DNA of 34,990 nt, taken from the IMG/VR virus record IMGVR_UViG_3300032283_000325, positions 1-34,990 of that record; one strand, written 5' to 3'. Source of the DNA: a virus. Its lineage: Duplodnaviria; Caudoviricetes. Position 1 is the first letter of the stretch; each line of letters starts with the position of its first letter. The translations under genes and the position numbers were made by a program. Of the stretch, positions 34,250 to 34,990 are shown piece by piece. Below the pieces are notes generated by a model that did not search any database, was not told the DNA's origin, and was given only the letters and a program-made list of their open reading frames with translations.

Positions 34250-34458
34250 TTGCGGTCCTCCTTAAAGCAGTCCCACCCATAACGGCGCGCAACCTCTTCA
34301 GGAGCTTGCTCATATGAAAGCGACACCCAATCGCAAATTTCCCGTTGCAGCTTGTCACGCTCGGCGCGGAGGCGTTCGATGGTGTCAGCGGCCTCGAGCA
34401 TGATCGACGGCGCAAGGCACTCGCTGTTGGCGCGGAGCTGCGTGACGATGTCCTTCAT
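34246..34458 (-). CDS. Small phage protein (DIVTQLR...EAADTIERLRAE)
   Basis: Recurrent phage coiled-coil motif; GGAGG SD; lower-GC 3' half. Confidence 0.75.
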   Translation of the reverse strand: MKDIVTQLRANSECLAPSIMLEAADTIERLRAERDKLQREICDWVSLSYEQAPEEVARRYGWDCFKEDRK

Positions 34459-34754
34459 CGGGAGTCCTCCACCACGGTGTGAATGCCGTGCTGCACCATG
34501 ATGCCGGGTGGTTCGCCCTCGAGGCCGCGGCGGTCGAACCCGCCGCCCAAGCGCACGATGATGGATTCCAGGCGGTCGCGCTCGGCGCGGTGCTTGTCGG
34601 CGGATTCCCAGTTGTATTCCAACGATTTGACAAGCATGGACACCACTTGTTCCGCTGCGAACGCGGTCGCTGGTCCGGCCTTGTCGGCAAGCTTGCGTAG
34701 GTCATTGATTCGGTTGCGCTCAAATGGCAAGAGGTTTTCCGGTACTTCGATCAT
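34455..34754 (-). CDS. Hypothetical protein, 99 aa
   Basis: AAGGAG SD and ATGA overlap. Confidence 0.7.
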   Translation of the reverse strand: MIEVPENLLPFERNRINDLRKLADKAGPATAFAAEQVVSMLVKSLEYNWESADKHRAERDRLESIIVRLGGGFDRRGLEGEPPGIMVQHGIHTVVEDSR

Positions 34755-34990
34755 GCGCGCTCCTTCAGGGCGGTGAGGTTGAGGACACCGGGGCTGACGA
34801 GTTCGTAGCCACGGTTGCGTTCGGTCACGGAGCGCACGCGCACTCCGTAGGTGTGCTTGGCGTGATCCACGAGGTGGGAGACCGCCCTTGGGCTGCACCC
34901 CCAAATCGCGGCAAGTTCGCGGCGCGTGTAGTACGTGTTTCGGTCAGCCTGGACAACAAGGAAGACCACGCGGTCGAAGAGGTCGGCGTA
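34751..34990 (-). CDS. Winged-HTH protein, 5' end outside the window
   Basis: TRRELAAIWGCSPRAVSHLV...RGYEL; the frame is open to the window edge. Confidence 0.7.
   Translation of the reverse strand, partial: YADLFDRVVFLVVQADRNTYYTRRELAAIWGCSPRAVSHLVDHAKHTYGVRVRSVTERNRGYELVSPGVLNLTALKERA

Overview
A 35-kb, GC-rich segment of a tailed dsDNA phage or prophage genome (Caudoviricetes). No integrase, tRNA, CRISPR array or recognisable endolysin is visible. The minus strand from about 34990 to 8626 carries the late operon: ParB-methyltransferase, small and large terminase, Mu gp29-like portal, MuF, accessory head proteins, three paralogous capsid-cement domains (one fused to an SGNH hydrolase), a protease with nested scaffold, major capsid, Mu gp36-like adaptor, tail tube, a frameshifting tail chaperone, a very short tape measure, tail-tip proteins, a fibre, small membrane proteins and a Cys-rich protein. 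The plus strand from 4007 to 8618 carries an early/middle cluster: HTH proteins, a DNA methyltransferase, a CsrA-like protein, RusA and a RecT-like annealase. The left end holds small minus-strand genes and an apparently non-coding region (about 1790-2645) dense in promoters, terminators and long stems. The most notable observations are: (1) a head-module gene built as an in-frame cassette array of unrelated modules joined by an identical 20-nt / RPGAKAx(M/F) linker, with an N-terminal tag shared with a second head-region protein; (2) a candidate structured-RNA cluster; (3) an identical decapeptide at the capsid N-terminus and the protease-scaffold junction; (4) an 11-mer leader motif shared by three promoters. 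All function calls come from visual motif recognition, not database searches.
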